DNA from: Minisyncoccota bacterium
GTDB lineage: Bacteria > Patescibacteriota > Minisyncoccia > Phycocordibacterales > UBA5272
Length of the DNA stretch: 43,072 nt
Direction: 5' to 3'
NCBI GenBank assembly: GCA_043784805.1
Contig: JAYVXX010000094.1
Span: forward strand, 1 to 43,072
This document shows positions 25,883 to 36,088 of the stretch, in pieces. Position numbers and translations under genes: made by a program. The notes below the pieces were generated by a model. The model was not told where the DNA came from, did not search any database, and saw nothing but the letters and a program-made list of their open reading frames with translations. Positions within the stretch are counted from its first letter, which is position 1, and every line of letters begins with the position of its first letter.

Positions 25883-28800
25883 ATGGCAGCTACCTCCTAC
25901 GATCCATATCAGATTAGGCAACTTACCGGTCTCGATAACGGGGGGAGAATTGGTGGTGCAAAATCTCCAGCACCTACTTCAGCAAAGGCGTATACCCCTG
26001 ATGTCCAGTCAGCCATTGATAACTATCATGCTGGTATGGCTGCATACAATAATAGGGATCAACAGAAACAGCAGGGTCTAGCTAAGATTGACGCACTCTC
26101 TGCTCAGGGAGATCAGTATAAGAAAGACTCAAGTGTCTTGGGTAACTTCACCTCTGGGATTGCTGATCTAGGTAAGGGCATTGCTGGTGGACTAAAAGAT
26201 CACGCAGTAGCCGCTATTCACCAGTCCCCAATTCAGAGTGGAAAGGATATTGTAAACGCCCTATCCTCCAGTGAACAGTTGGCTAATAAGGGGATTCAGG
26301 GAATTGTTAAGGGTATTCCTCAAACCGCTTACCTGGATACCAATAATCAGATATTCAACAATGAGCAAGATCTCAACAATAAGATCAGGTCTCAGATAGC
26401 CACAACAAAAGATCCTGTTCACAAGGCGAACCTAGAGAAATTGGTGAACACCCCAGCCCATAGGCTCGACACTGGTGAGCTCGCCAACTTGATTACTCCT
26501 GCTCAAATGCTCGCAGCGACAGGGGGTGTGATGTTCGATGTTGCTACTCTTGGTATCGGAAGTACTGCTGCAAAAGTCGCCATCAAAGCAGGTGCAGCGG
26601 AAGTGTTAAGAGTTGCCACTGAGCAGGGGGTTGAAATGACGGCAAAACAAGCAACTCGACAGGCAGCAAAAGATCTAGCCTTGAAAGTAGCCACTGAGAC
26701 GAGTGGTCAGAAAACAGCGAAAATCGCTGGGGCTGGAGCTGTTTATGGCGCAGACCAATCAGTACAAGCTGGGCAAACAAATCCTGGCGACATTGCAACC
26801 GGAGCTCTCGTGGGCGCTGGTACTGGTCTTGCACTCCACGGAGCGGGAGTAGTTGCTGGTAAATTAATTAGCGGGGTAGGAGACAAAGCCGCGGGAAAGG
26901 TTGAAGCACCTCCAGTAGATTCAGTTCCTACTGAGCATTCTCCGGCCGCTAATACACCAGTAGAGGGCTCTGTTTATGCTCAGAATGACCATGTAGCGCC
27001 TGTAGTTGCCAAGGAGGGTGTTCCATCCTCTAAACCTGCAATTTTTGAACCAGAATTGCCTAGAAACCTTGATTTCGCCAAGCCGAGGTACAATTATGGG
27101 GACAAAATTTTCACTCCGCAGTTTGAGAGTCCTATTGATAAGGCTGCATACATTTCCGCTCAGAAAAACTTATCCAAGAATGATGCTGCTTATGTTGCGT
27201 TTGTATCCGACCATACTGGAATGAGTGAGGCAGAGGTTCGTGCACACGGCCAGGTTGTTAAAGACTACATAAAGAGTCAAGCAAAGTCGGCGGAGCCTGG
27301 AGATATTAAAGTTCCATCAATGCGGGCGCTTGGACATGATGTTACTATTCCTGGTGAGAATAATTCTGGCATAAAAGCACTTCCAGAAGAAAAGACTCCT
27401 CCCGCCCAGGCTCCGACTTCAGGGTCAAAAACTGTCCCAAATAAGTTTGATATACACGCCGCCAATTCCCCAGCACTCTCTGATGAAGCGAGAGGATCTA
27501 TTAAATTAGGCACACATGAGAAAGGTAGCCAAGCTGATCTTCGCACTGAGGCAGAGGGTCTTTTGAAGAGTAATATAGATGAGCTACATAATAGAGTAAT
27601 CACAGGAAGGGGTGGAAGAGCTGAAGCCGCTACAGCTGTTTTACTTGAGCATTACAGTAAATTAGGAGAAGAGGCTAGGGCTAAGGGTGATGGTGTGGCC
27701 GCAGAAAATGCACACAAGATGGTTGCTAATATTGCTGAACTTCATTCAAAGAATAGTTCTCTCGAATCAGGTCGCGCTGTTAGCGCCAACAAACTCTTGT
27801 CATCTACACCAGAAGGACAAGTTGTTCGTGCTACAAGAGAGATGAATAAGAGAGCTGCTGAAGTTGCTCCGAATACCAAGATTGAGAGAGTGTCGAAGGA
27901 TATTAAGGGGAAAGTAGAGAAGGCGAAGTCTTCTGTCGAGAAAGTCGCTGAACTTGAAAAGATCAAGTCTAAGGTAAAAAACAATCCTGAGGCAGTTAAG
28001 GTTGTTGATGAGAAAATATCTAAGGTCAAGGGCTCTAAAACTTTAACTGAGTCTGATTATCGAGATCTCGCAAAAAAAGCGCTTAAAGTACCAGAGCTAA
28101 CAGCGAAGCAATCAGAAGATGTGCACACTATGGCTAAGGCAATTGAAGATGCTCCTGAAGGAATTCCAAAGCAGAAGGCTCAACAAAAAATTGATAAATT
28201 CATAGGAGGGCTAGCCAAATCATCTATTAGTGACCGCGCTTTTGCCCTATTCAGGACAGGGCTTCTTACAGGGTTAAGAACTCCGGGGAAAGTTCTTACT
28301 TCCCTAGGGGCTCAAAATGCTGCAGAATTCGCTGGAAAAGTCCCAGGGGCAATCGCCGATATTGGTACTTCCATCGTAACGGGGAAAAGGGCTTCTGGGG
28401 CAAATGTCAGGGGTATTGTCTCAGGGTTCACTCGTGGGGTGAGGGATGCTGTGGACAACTTTATTCATGACTTCAACCGCCCGGGTAGTGGTGGGGCAAG
28501 TTTTGGCAAGTCAGTAAACTTTGGCGATGGAGTACTCGGAAAAGTAGCACAGACTTATGTAGATACTATAGGTAGGCTACATGGGTCACTTTATAAGCCA
28601 TTCTTCGGGAGCTCCCATCTGAACGCCCTTTTCGACATGGCTACAAATGAAGCGAAGAATCAGGGACTAAAAGGAGCTGAACGGGAATCATTCATCCAGA
28701 ACTTCGTTAAGGAAGCTACTGATTTTTCTATAAAAAATCCAAAGCAAGTACGATATGGCGACACTTCTATCCCAGAAGGAGCCGCAGGAAGGGCTAACTA

Positions 28801-29992
28801 TGAGGCAGCCTATAATACCAATCAGAACAAGACTATGCTTGGTAATATGCTGTCTGGGGCTATGAGGGGAGGTGGAAATGCTGCTAGAACACAATTCCCT
28901 TTCACTCAGATTCCATCCTCAATCGCTACGAAGCTCATTGATTACATCCCCGTGCTTGGGCAGATGAAGGAAATCGGCTCTCAGTGGAAAGCAAATGGTG
29001 GCATCCCCCATAGCTTTGACCAAAGGGCGTTTTCTCAATCTATTGGAAGGGGTGCTGTGGGGACTGCTCTTGGAGGAGTTGGGGTATGGCTAATGAAAAA
29101 TCATATGATGACTGGGGGTTTCCCAAAGGACAAGGAGACTCAAGACCAATGGGCCGCTGAAGGTAAGCAAGAGTATTCGTTTCTTGGGACAGACAATAAA
29201 TGGCATCAACTTGCAAGTCTTGGCCCTGTTGGTAATGCGATCGCTGTGGGAGGGGGGCTTCAAGCAGGACTGGAAGGAACGGGGAAAAAACCTGGAGATT
29301 ATCTACTAGCTCTTGAAGGAGCTCTAGCGACAGGAGGTTCTGTTATAGCCAATTCTCCATATTTACAAGGGACTAATAATATCAATCAGGCACTCAGTGA
29401 TCCTAAAGTATATGCGAGTAAGTTCATAAATGGAGTTGTCAAGTCGATTGTCCCAGTTGGAATACAAAACATCGCCAAAGCGACTGATGGAACTCAGAGG
29501 AAGGAAACAACTATAATAGACTCTCTCAAGGGAGCTATCCCTTGGCTTAGAGAACATACCCCTGCAAAAGTCGATGCTTTCGGATCTCCAATACCTCGAG
29601 ATAATGGTCTCTTTAGTGCGCTGTTCGATCCGACATATTCAAGTAAGGAGACGAGTGATCCATTTACTAAAAAGATTGGAGATTTGAATAATAGTGGCTA
29701 CAATGTTACTCCTACCGCAGTAACTACGATAACTCTTAATAAAAAGGCTATCACACTAGATAAGGTTCAAAAATCAGACTTAGTGTCTATTGAAGGCCCC
29801 TTGATTAAGAAAGCATACCAAGAAGTTATGAAGACTGATGGTTTTAATAAGGCTGGTCCAGATGTTCAAAAGAATCTTCTAGAAGCCGCTGCTAAAAGCG
29901 TTAGAGCCAAGACTAATAGGGTAATCAAGAATTCTGGGGATATTAACACTGGCATTAGTAATTTAAAGAAATGGATATCATCCTTGAAATAA
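25883..29992 (+). CDS. Large internal virion / DNA-ejection protein candidate (a tape-measure-like role is not excluded)
   Basis: 1369 aa, the largest gene. Ala/Gly/Lys-rich helical-looking stretches. No enzymatic motif recognised. Confidence 0.45.
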   Translation: MAATSYDPYQIRQLTGLDNGGRIGGAKSPAPTSAKAYTPDVQSAIDNYHAGMAAYNNRDQQKQQGLAKIDALSAQGDQYKKDSSVLGNFTSGIADLGKGIAGGLKDHAVAAIHQSPIQSGKDIVNALSSSEQLANKGIQGIVKGIPQTAYLDTNNQIFNNEQDLNNKIRSQIATTKDPVHKANLEKLVNTPAHRLDTGELANLITPAQMLAATGGVMFDVATLGIGSTAAKVAIKAGAAEVLRVATEQGVEMTAKQATRQAAKDLALKVATETSGQKTAKIAGAGAVYGADQSVQAGQTNPGDIATGALVGAGTGLALHGAGVVAGKLISGVGDKAAGKVEAPPVDSVPTEHSPAANTPVEGSVYAQNDHVAPVVAKEGVPSSKPAIFEPELPRNLDFAKPRYNYGDKIFTPQFESPIDKAAYISAQKNLSKNDAAYVAFVSDHTGMSEAEVRAHGQVVKDYIKSQAKSAEPGDIKVPSMRALGHDVTIPGENNSGIKALPEEKTPPAQAPTSGSKTVPNKFDIHAANSPALSDEARGSIKLGTHEKGSQADLRTEAEGLLKSNIDELHNRVITGRGGRAEAATAVLLEHYSKLGEEARAKGDGVAAENAHKMVANIAELHSKNSSLESGRAVSANKLLSSTPEGQVVRATREMNKRAAEVAPNTKIERVSKDIKGKVEKAKSSVEKVAELEKIKSKVKNNPEAVKVVDEKISKVKGSKTLTESDYRDLAKKALKVPELTAKQSEDVHTMAKAIEDAPEGIPKQKAQQKIDKFIGGLAKSSISDRAFALFRTGLLTGLRTPGKVLTSLGAQNAAEFAGKVPGAIADIGTSIVTGKRASGANVRGIVSGFTRGVRDAVDNFIHDFNRPGSGGASFGKSVNFGDGVLGKVAQTYVDTIGRLHGSLYKPFFGSSHLNALFDMATNEAKNQGLKGAERESFIQNFVKEATDFSIKNPKQVRYGDTSIPEGAAGRANYEAAYNTNQNKTMLGNMLSGAMRGGGNAARTQFPFTQIPSSIATKLIDYIPVLGQMKEIGSQWKANGGIPHSFDQRAFSQSIGRGAVGTALGGVGVWLMKNHMMTGGFPKDKETQDQWAAEGKQEYSFLGTDNKWHQLASLGPVGNAIAVGGGLQAGLEGTGKKPGDYLLALEGALATGGSVIANSPYLQGTNNINQALSDPKVYASKFINGVVKSIVPVGIQNIAKATDGTQRKETTIIDSLKGAIPWLREHTPAKVDAFGSPIPRDNGLFSALFDPTYSSKETSDPFTKKIGDLNNSGYNVTPTAVTTITLNKKAITLDKVQKSDLVSIEGPLIKKAYQEVMKTDGFNKAGPDVQKNLLEAAAKSVRAKTNRVIKNSGDINTGISNLKKWISSLK

Positions 29993-30108
29993 TTTTATAC
30001 CCAGTTCTACTCCTAATTGGTTTCTTGGGCCCTTTATTGGTCCCATTATTACTATTCTTTATATTTTCATTATTCAGAAAGAATGTAGTTGATGATTCTG
30101 AGGAATAG
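29971..30108 (+). CDS. Small membrane peptide (45 aa) overlapping the end of the 1369-aa gene
   Basis: MDIILEIILYPVLLLIGFLGPLLVPLLLFFIFSLFRKNVVDDSEE. No clear SD. Confidence 0.3.
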   Translation: MDIILEIILYPVLLLIGFLGPLLVPLLLFFIFSLFRKNVVDDSEE

Positions 30109-30141
30109 ACTGTATACTACTTAAGAAATAACAAAACAAAT

Positions 30142-30768
30142 ATGCCAATAATTAGCCCACACGTTCCTGTCGATGGTGATTCCGTAAGCGGAGCTATTGT
30201 TGGAGTGCCTTTTAACGCTATTCTAGCACTCCTCAACGGGACTCTTGATTATCAAAATATTGCCGTTGGTGGTATTACTGCTACCAACCTAGCTGTTGGT
30301 GTTGGCCGAATCACTGGAGAGATTGTAAACTGGCCATCAAATACTCCTCCAGCTGGATGGCTTATTTGTGACGGATCATCACTTCTCCGATCTGGGACAT
30401 ATGCAAATCTCTTTGCCATCACTGGTACAACCTACGGTTCTGTTGATGGGACTCACTTCACCCTTCCTGATCTTAGGGGGAGGCTGGCACTTGGTGTTAG
30501 TGGAAGTCATGCAATTGGAACCACTGGTGGGGTAGAGACTATCAACCTTCAGCACCAGCATACTTGGGGAACTACCAATGGATCTGGTGATCTTACCTCA
30601 GGTGATGGGCAACTTGTTCATACGAACAATCAAGCAACGGTCGCCGCTGGTCAGGTATTTGCTCAGGGAGATGCTCTTAGTAAGACATTCAAGACCGACA
30701 ACCAGCTTTCAACTACTCAGACGGTGCTCAACCCGTTCGTTGTGGTCAATTACATTATTAAGTATTAA
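30142..30768 (+). CDS. Tail fibre protein with a phage tail-collar domain
   Basis: WPSNTPPAGWLICDGSSLLRSGTYANLFAITGTTYGSVDGTHFTLPDLRGR matches the tail-collar (MdpB-like) signature. Confidence 0.8.
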   Translation: MPIISPHVPVDGDSVSGAIVGVPFNAILALLNGTLDYQNIAVGGITATNLAVGVGRITGEIVNWPSNTPPAGWLICDGSSLLRSGTYANLFAITGTTYGSVDGTHFTLPDLRGRLALGVSGSHAIGTTGGVETINLQHQHTWGTTNGSGDLTSGDGQLVHTNNQATVAAGQVFAQGDALSKTFKTDNQLSTTQTVLNPFVVVNYIIKY

Positions 30769-30770
30769 CA

Positions 30771-31031
30771 ATGGCACTTTCTAACGGACAATACTCAATC
30801 ACATCAGCCACCGGAGGCACTCAGACGGTGGTTTTCGATTACAAAGATAGCACTGGAGCAACAACAACTATTACCCTTAGTCCTGCTCGACTTAATTCCC
30901 TTGCCGCTCTTCAGCTTCAGATTTCAGGTGTCTGCAATAGTATTGAACAGAAGTTAGTAGCAGCTAATGGTCTTTCTGTATCTGCTGGAATTACCGCAGC
31001 AATTGGAGCCCCAACAGCACCTGCTTCATAA
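30771..31031 (+). CDS. Hypothetical protein (86 aa)
   Basis: ORF starting 2 nt after the upstream stop. Confidence 0.5.
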   Translation: MALSNGQYSITSATGGTQTVVFDYKDSTGATTTITLSPARLNSLAALQLQISGVCNSIEQKLVAANGLSVSAGITAAIGAPTAPAS

Positions 31032-31032
31032 T

Positions 31033-31422
31033 ATGGCGTATCCTCTTTCTTTCATCGCCGACCATGGAATAGACATAGTTATTATCATGGTAGGGTTTAT
31101 CTATGGTCTTGGTATACTAAAAAACCGCAAAGATGTAGACACCATCAATGACGATAAAAAGTGGGAGTCAGCACTCAAGATTCGAGATACCACCATAGCT
31201 GACCTGACAGCTGAGATTGCAAGACAAAAAGATCGCCATTTCGGCGAACTCTCTGCTATGCAAACTCAGATTGATACTCTCAAGCAACAGGTTGATGTTC
31301 TCTCAAATACGGTAAGTGGTAGAGATATTCTTATTGACGTTGCAAAGGATCAAAAACTTATTATCACCAGTGTTGAGGATATTAAGAACCATCTCACCAC
31401 ACTCACTATTAAGACAGCTTGA
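31033..31422 (+). CDS. Membrane-anchored coiled-coil protein (129 aa)
   Basis: The ATG at 31033 lies 1 nt after the upstream stop. N-terminal TM segment (IDIVIIMVGFIYGLGIL), then heptad-like helical sequence. Confidence 0.5.
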   Translation: MAYPLSFIADHGIDIVIIMVGFIYGLGILKNRKDVDTINDDKKWESALKIRDTTIADLTAEIARQKDRHFGELSAMQTQIDTLKQQVDVLSNTVSGRDILIDVAKDQKLIITSVEDIKNHLTTLTIKTA

Positions 31423-31666
31423 TGTCTACCTGCACCATCGGGAGAGCCTTTCCGTGTGGTATATCCTCATAGCTCTCTGAAGATACCACGATCAGTATCC
31501 CATGGACGCTCGGTTCATATGTCACTCCAAGTACTTGAGCATCATCTGGAATACCTGCCACTATCTCGAATCCCTCCCTGAATTTCATTCCCTCCTTGAA
31601 GATGGACATAAATTGACTTGGGTCAACGTAGAGGAGTTTCATTTTCCGTGTTGTTTCGGCAATCAT
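31409..31666 (-). CDS. Hypothetical protein (85 aa)
   Basis: Last gene of the leftward replication arm, with a 4-nt overlap with the upstream gene. Confidence 0.55.
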   Translation of the reverse strand: MIAETTRKMKLLYVDPSQFMSIFKEGMKFREGFEIVAGIPDDAQVLGVTYEPSVHGILIVVSSESYEDIPHGKALPMVQVDIKLS

Positions 31667-32040
31667 TTGAAGTACTTATTGATAATAGACACAGCACTGT
31701 CATAGCCCATAGCGAATAGGGCGCAGTACCCACGATCACGGAATCCCTGGAGCATAGCTGCCTGAGCTTCCACATGCCTATTCTTGCGTGGTGTGCCATC
31801 CTTACGGTATATTTCCACTCCATCAGCCTTAAGTTCAAGGAAGAGCCCATGAAAGCCCTTACAGGCAGCAAAGATATATAAGTCTGGCATACCGGCTGAG
31901 AATTGAATGCGCTTATTCATATTAGCGACCCCTGGACTGGCTGCCATTCCAGATGATGCGTCAGAGTGAAAGAGCACTCCAGGGTAATTATCTCGGAGAT
32001 ACTCGCACACTTTAATCTGGAGAGCTGCTTCGGCCCTCAT
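31663..32040 (-). CDS. VRR-NUC family nuclease
   Basis: GMPDLYIF...GLFLELK...EAQAAMLQGFRDRGY gives a PD-(D/E)xK core with the trailing Q...G pattern of VRR-NUC. Confidence 0.65.
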   Translation of the reverse strand: MRAEAALQIKVCEYLRDNYPGVLFHSDASSGMAASPGVANMNKRIQFSAGMPDLYIFAACKGFHGLFLELKADGVEIYRKDGTPRKNRHVEAQAAMLQGFRDRGYCALFAMGYDSAVSIINKYFK

Positions 32041-32303
32041 TTCCCGATCTCAGCAAGAATATTCGGATCAATGGTCTTTCTTGAGTCGATATCAGCCTCA
32101 ATCTTTGCAGTCTGCTGATCGAACTGACTCTTCAGTATGTCCATGGATAGCAGATTAGCTGGCTGTACCTCTAGCTTATGTCGGTCGCCGTTGCTATCAG
32201 TATAGTCGGCTGTGGCATATGCGGCTGGGGATTCTTTGTCGAACGGGTGTTGCTCGATTACTTCTGTTATGACGTAGGTCATAGTTCCTTCTTTTAGTCC
32301 CAT
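32037..32303 (-). CDS. Hypothetical protein (88 aa)
   Basis: ORF with a 4-nt overlap with the downstream gene. Confidence 0.5.
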   Translation of the reverse strand: MGLKEGTMTYVITEVIEQHPFDKESPAAYATADYTDSNGDRHKLEVQPANLLSMDILKSQFDQQTAKIEADIDSRKTIDPNILAEIGK

Positions 32304-32310
32304 TGTGCTC

Positions 32311-32676
32311 CTAGAATAAAGGCTCTGGTAGCCTATCTTTTAAATTGTTAGAAATAACTTCCATTACCCTTCTGTAGTAGTCATCAAACGGGGTTGAGTC
32401 CTTTTGAGGCCAGTGCTGGTATAGGGCATAGATAATGTTCCGCTGTCGTTGAGAAGGAGTTTTATCACCCTCCTCGATTGGCTTGTAGTCAGGGACATGG
32501 TTCGGATCAATTGGGCTAGCGCTGAAGAATAGATTTCCTGGCTTATCAAGAATCTTATCAATCTCAAGAAACTCTTCGGAGTTCACCGCCCCGACCGTAA
32601 TAATGGTCAGGGCGATGTTCCCATCTACTCTTCTAGCAGCCTTGGAAACCTTGGCTTTTAGAAGAATGTCGCTCAT
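32311..32676 (-). CDS. Hypothetical protein (121 aa)
   Basis: ORF whose ATG directly abuts the upstream stop. Confidence 0.55.
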   Translation of the reverse strand: MSDILLKAKVSKAARRVDGNIALTIITVGAVNSEEFLEIDKILDKPGNLFFSASPIDPNHVPDYKPIEEGDKTPSQRQRNIIYALYQHWPQKDSTPFDDYYRRVMEVISNNLKDRLPEPLF

Positions 32677-33363
32677 TTAGAGTCCTGCCTGGTCCATAGC
32701 CTCGTCAACCGAAGCAGGAGCCTTTTTAGGAGCAACCTTCACAGGGACTACCGGAGTCTGTGCTTTCTCTTTGGCGATCAGCGGCTTACCAGCAAGTTCC
32801 TCAGACTCATTGATCTTGTCCTGTGTGTACTTTGAGAAGCTGTTGAACATGTCCATATCTGGTGAATCAACTGAGAAAGCACCAAGCTCGTTTACACCTT
32901 CTGATACTTTCTTAGTACTCATCAAAGCATCGAGGTTAACGTAGGTCTTTTCACCGTCGGCGCTGGCAACGTGGGTCACTTGAATAAGTGCCATTTTACC
33001 GAGCACCTTGGTGATGTCAAAGGCTTCAGCCTCTTCCTTGGTGAACTTAACGCCACGCCACTTTTCAAGGTCTTTACGGAGGGTAGCCTTCTCGTTGAGC
33101 GAAAGTGTGTACTTTTTGCTAATCGAGAACGGGCGACCGTCTTCCATTCGGATATCTTCATCAGTGTCGTAGTCAGAAAGAACCTCGAGGTAAACCATAA
33201 CCTTGCGGGTAGGCTTTGCTGCGAACTTCTGGTTAGGGTACGTTTCAGTATGGGTTCCGAGGTCAACGACACGGTAGCAGCGGGCTAGGTATGAACCAGC
33301 TGGCAAAAGTTCAAAATCTCTCTGTTCTCCACCGCTCTTAGCGATAATAGGGGTAATAGACAT
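32677..33363 (-). CDS. DUF669-like protein (putative ssDNA-binding / recombination accessory)
   Basis: N-terminal ...DFELLPAGSYLARCYRVVDLG... resembles the DUF669 family, from memory. Sits beside the exonuclease. Confidence 0.4.
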   Translation of the reverse strand: MSITPIIAKSGGEQRDFELLPAGSYLARCYRVVDLGTHTETYPNQKFAAKPTRKVMVYLEVLSDYDTDEDIRMEDGRPFSISKKYTLSLNEKATLRKDLEKWRGVKFTKEEAEAFDITKVLGKMALIQVTHVASADGEKTYVNLDALMSTKKVSEGVNELGAFSVDSPDMDMFNSFSKYTQDKINESEELAGKPLIAKEKAQTPVVPVKVAPKKAPASVDEAMDQAGL

Positions 33364-33380
33364 AAATAGGTTCCTTTCAA

Positions 33381-33584
33381 TTACTTGTTTTTAATCATTA
33401 GCATGTAACTCCTGGTGCTCTCTATGACTTGTTTGTTGTCTGGGAGAGCTGATGAGGTTTCTGGTCGTAAGTCTCTTGAAAAGTACCATACAACCGACTT
33501 TGCTCCATTACGGAGATCTACAGTCTTTTTGTTGAGAAAATACTCAACTCCCCGACTATTTTTCTGTGAAAACTGTTCGATCAT
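33381..33584 (-). CDS. Hypothetical protein (67 aa)
   Basis: ORF in the operon. Confidence 0.45.
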   Translation of the reverse strand: MIEQFSQKNSRGVEYFLNKKTVDLRNGAKSVVWYFSRDLRPETSSALPDNKQVIESTRSYMLMIKNK

Positions 33585-33608
33585 AAAAATATGATTAGTT
33601 ATTAGTAA

Positions 33609-34604
33609 TTATTCATCATCTGATTCTGTTGTCCCTACTGATCCTGCAAGACTTTTGAGAGCCTTTTTGGTGATCTTCATCATGTTGTAGCAAGTGACGA
33701 CTGCCTCTCCCCAATCCATGCAGTCCTGTACAGTCAGGCCAACGTCTGAGGCGTATACGGCATCGAACCCACCCTCCTTGCGAGCCGAGAATATGGCGAG
33801 GTCGTCTGGCACTGGGTGGCCCATCTCTACCTTAATCGCTGCGTAAATACCGAGCTGTACGAAGAAGTCGTAATATACACCCATTGGAGCACCAGCAGCC
33901 ACACTTGCCTTGGTGGTCTTCAGGTCGGCAAGTACATTGCCACGACCAGGAATATCCAGGTCATAGTCATAAGTACCGGCCAGGTTCATCCGCTTGGAGT
34001 AGACGATCTGCTCGGCAGAGATAACCTTAGCGTTTAGCTGCGCCCAGTAAGTCTTGAACGACTCAAAGGCAACGTTCGCCATGGCAACCTCTTCAGGAGC
34101 CTTCTCTTCCCACTCAGCCTGTTGAGCCTCATTGTCAAACACAAGCCCACGACTGTAGCGATCAACGGTAATCTCGAAAGGTGTTCCGTTGATATATTGC
34201 TCTACAGCATCGTGAACCAGGGAACCAATATCAGCTCCCTGCTTCTGCTTCTTCTGCCAGGCAGATTGAGCGTCGTATAGGTGGGGTAGAGCAGTCTCTT
34301 TAGTGAGCTCAGTCTCCCAGAATACACCTACTCCATTACTAAATCCCTGCACTCGCTCCCCACGATCATTCTTGAAGTTGTAGTAACCGAACAAATGCCG
34401 TAGTGCGAGCCCCATAGGCCAGGTCATGAGACCCTTTTTCTCCAAGGTATCGTCCTTAGCCCCAGTTACGGAAGCGGGGCGCTTTGGCTTAGTCCATGAA
34501 CCGTCTTCCTGAAGGAACGAAACGCCGTAACGGTGCGAGCTGTCGGTATACGTCAGCTTAACCGTGTCGTTGTAGAGAAGAATCTCTATGTCTTGGAAAG
34601 CCAT
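33609..34604 (-). CDS. PD-(D/E)XK (RecB/Cas4-like) exonuclease
   Basis: GSLVHDAVE..., LAGTYDYDLD...VLADLKTTK (D...D/ExK) and FFVQLGIYA (QxxxY). Confidence 0.65.
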   Translation of the reverse strand: MAFQDIEILLYNDTVKLTYTDSSHRYGVSFLQEDGSWTKPKRPASVTGAKDDTLEKKGLMTWPMGLALRHLFGYYNFKNDRGERVQGFSNGVGVFWETELTKETALPHLYDAQSAWQKKQKQGADIGSLVHDAVEQYINGTPFEITVDRYSRGLVFDNEAQQAEWEEKAPEEVAMANVAFESFKTYWAQLNAKVISAEQIVYSKRMNLAGTYDYDLDIPGRGNVLADLKTTKASVAAGAPMGVYYDFFVQLGIYAAIKVEMGHPVPDDLAIFSARKEGGFDAVYASDVGLTVQDCMDWGEAVVTCYNMMKITKKALKSLAGSVGTTESDDE

Positions 34605-34777
34605 TAAAGTCCTCTTACTAGGAGGTAGATAGTAACAGCGGCGACAACTGACTTGGTAATATATTCACCAAGACTCTTGTTCTCCCGCTTTCTGCCGATA
34701 TCCTCACTGCCTGCGAGGATGTAGAGCATTGAAATCGAGACAACAACCCAGCGCAATACTTCAATAAAAGTGTTCAT
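34604..34777 (-). CDS. Small membrane protein (57 aa)
   Basis: MNTFIEVLRWVVVSISMLYILAGSEDIGRKRENKSLGEYITKSVVAAVTIYLLVRGL. ATGA overlap upstream and TAATG overlap downstream. Confidence 0.5.
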   Translation of the reverse strand: MNTFIEVLRWVVVSISMLYILAGSEDIGRKRENKSLGEYITKSVVAAVTIYLLVRGL

Positions 34778-35046
34778 CGCTTCTTGTTAATTTTCTTAGA
34801 TGCAGCATCCACGATTGAATCGTGAATCTCAGCGTGCTGGTCTTCTGTAAAGTCTTTAGCGTCAACGAGGTCTGGGATGATAATTCCTCGGTAGCCCTTC
34901 TTTGGGTCGCAAGTGACAACTTTAATGCTCGTCTTAACCCCTCCAGGAGTTTGGAAAATGAGCACTTCGTTCTTGTTAATCTTGAAGAGTCCTTCGTCAC
35001 TCAGAATCTCCCACAAGTCAACTGGTTCGTACTTCGGTTTAGGCAC
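34774..35046 (-). CDS. Hypothetical protein (90 aa)
   Basis: ORF in the operon. Confidence 0.55.
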   Translation of the reverse strand: MPKPKYEPVDLWEILSDEGLFKINKNEVLIFQTPGGVKTSIKVVTCDPKKGYRGIIIPDLVDAKDFTEDQHAEIHDSIVDAASKKINKKR

Positions 35047-35116
35047 TATAACTCCTTGCTTATGCTTATATTTAACTGCATATTACCACTGATATACACT
35101 GATGTAAATAGGTGAC

Positions 35117-36088
35117 TCAAAACAGTGATTTTTGAGGCACTCCATTGAACACATCCCTTGCTAAAGCCTCCATTGGTGGAGTCTCTGGCTCTCTTAGCTC
35201 CTCCCAGCAATGAGCGGAAACTTTCTCAATACCGGCTCCCATAAAGAACTCTCCCCAGTCCTTATATTTCCCAGGCGGCTGGAGAACTCTATGCGGCACT
35301 ACAAGGTCGACCGCCTTGCGAAGTTTATCTCCTGCCTCGTCGTTGTCCCCAGCGTATACTAGTTGAATCCCTGTCTTCAGGGCGTACTTCGCTAGATTGG
35401 TAATCATAGCAATTCCAGAGGCGGACGGGATGGCTACCCAGGGTATACAGGCGTGCTCGAGCACCGCCGCATCTGAACAACCCTCAACAATGAAGAGCTT
35501 CTCTCCTGGGTGTAGGTTCCACTTCCCATATAGGGTCATCTCCGCTCCAGGAAGCATTGTGAAGCGTCGATCTCCTGAGATATGACGGACCTGAGCAAAG
35601 GGGATTGAATCTCGAGCATGATTAAAGTAGGGAATGAGGATCCCAGGTCCCATGCCGTGTACACCTTCAGACCACCTCCAGCCAAGGCTATCGAGCACTT
35701 CGAGGGGTAGCCCTTTGAGATCAAATTCTCTAGGGATTTGTGGGAGAGTCTCCCATAGTGGAAATAATTCATACTTAGTGTAGTCAGTTTTAGGGATTGA
35801 TTGTTCTGGTACAGGCAATGGTCTTGGCATGACTCTTAATCTGTTAGGTGGATTTGTTTCTGGTTTCCAGTTTGGGTCACGAAGGGCTGGGTAGAAATTA
35901 GAGATATGGTAGCGCTTGGCGCAGGAGAAGCACTCAATCCATCCATCGGGGTATACCTCAGCTGAGGGGTCACTATCAGGATGAATGAGACAATTCGTCA
36001 GGAATCCCTTCCCTCCTCTCTTAATCTTCCTTCCATCCATTTCAAGGGCGTGTCGGAAGTCTGATAGGGTAAATGGGTAGTCGTTCAT
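35117..36088 (-). CDS. DNA primase (CHC2 zinc finger plus TOPRIM)
   Basis: CLIHPDSDPSAEVYPDGWIECFSCAKRYH (CxxH...CxxC), LFIVEGCSDAAVL and AGDNDEAGDK (TOPRIM E and DxD). Confidence 0.8.
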   Translation of the reverse strand: MNDYPFTLSDFRHALEMDGRKIKRGGKGFLTNCLIHPDSDPSAEVYPDGWIECFSCAKRYHISNFYPALRDPNWKPETNPPNRLRVMPRPLPVPEQSIPKTDYTKYELFPLWETLPQIPREFDLKGLPLEVLDSLGWRWSEGVHGMGPGILIPYFNHARDSIPFAQVRHISGDRRFTMLPGAEMTLYGKWNLHPGEKLFIVEGCSDAAVLEHACIPWVAIPSASGIAMITNLAKYALKTGIQLVYAGDNDEAGDKLRKAVDLVVPHRVLQPPGKYKDWGEFFMGAGIEKVSAHCWEELREPETPPMEALARDVFNGVPQKSLF

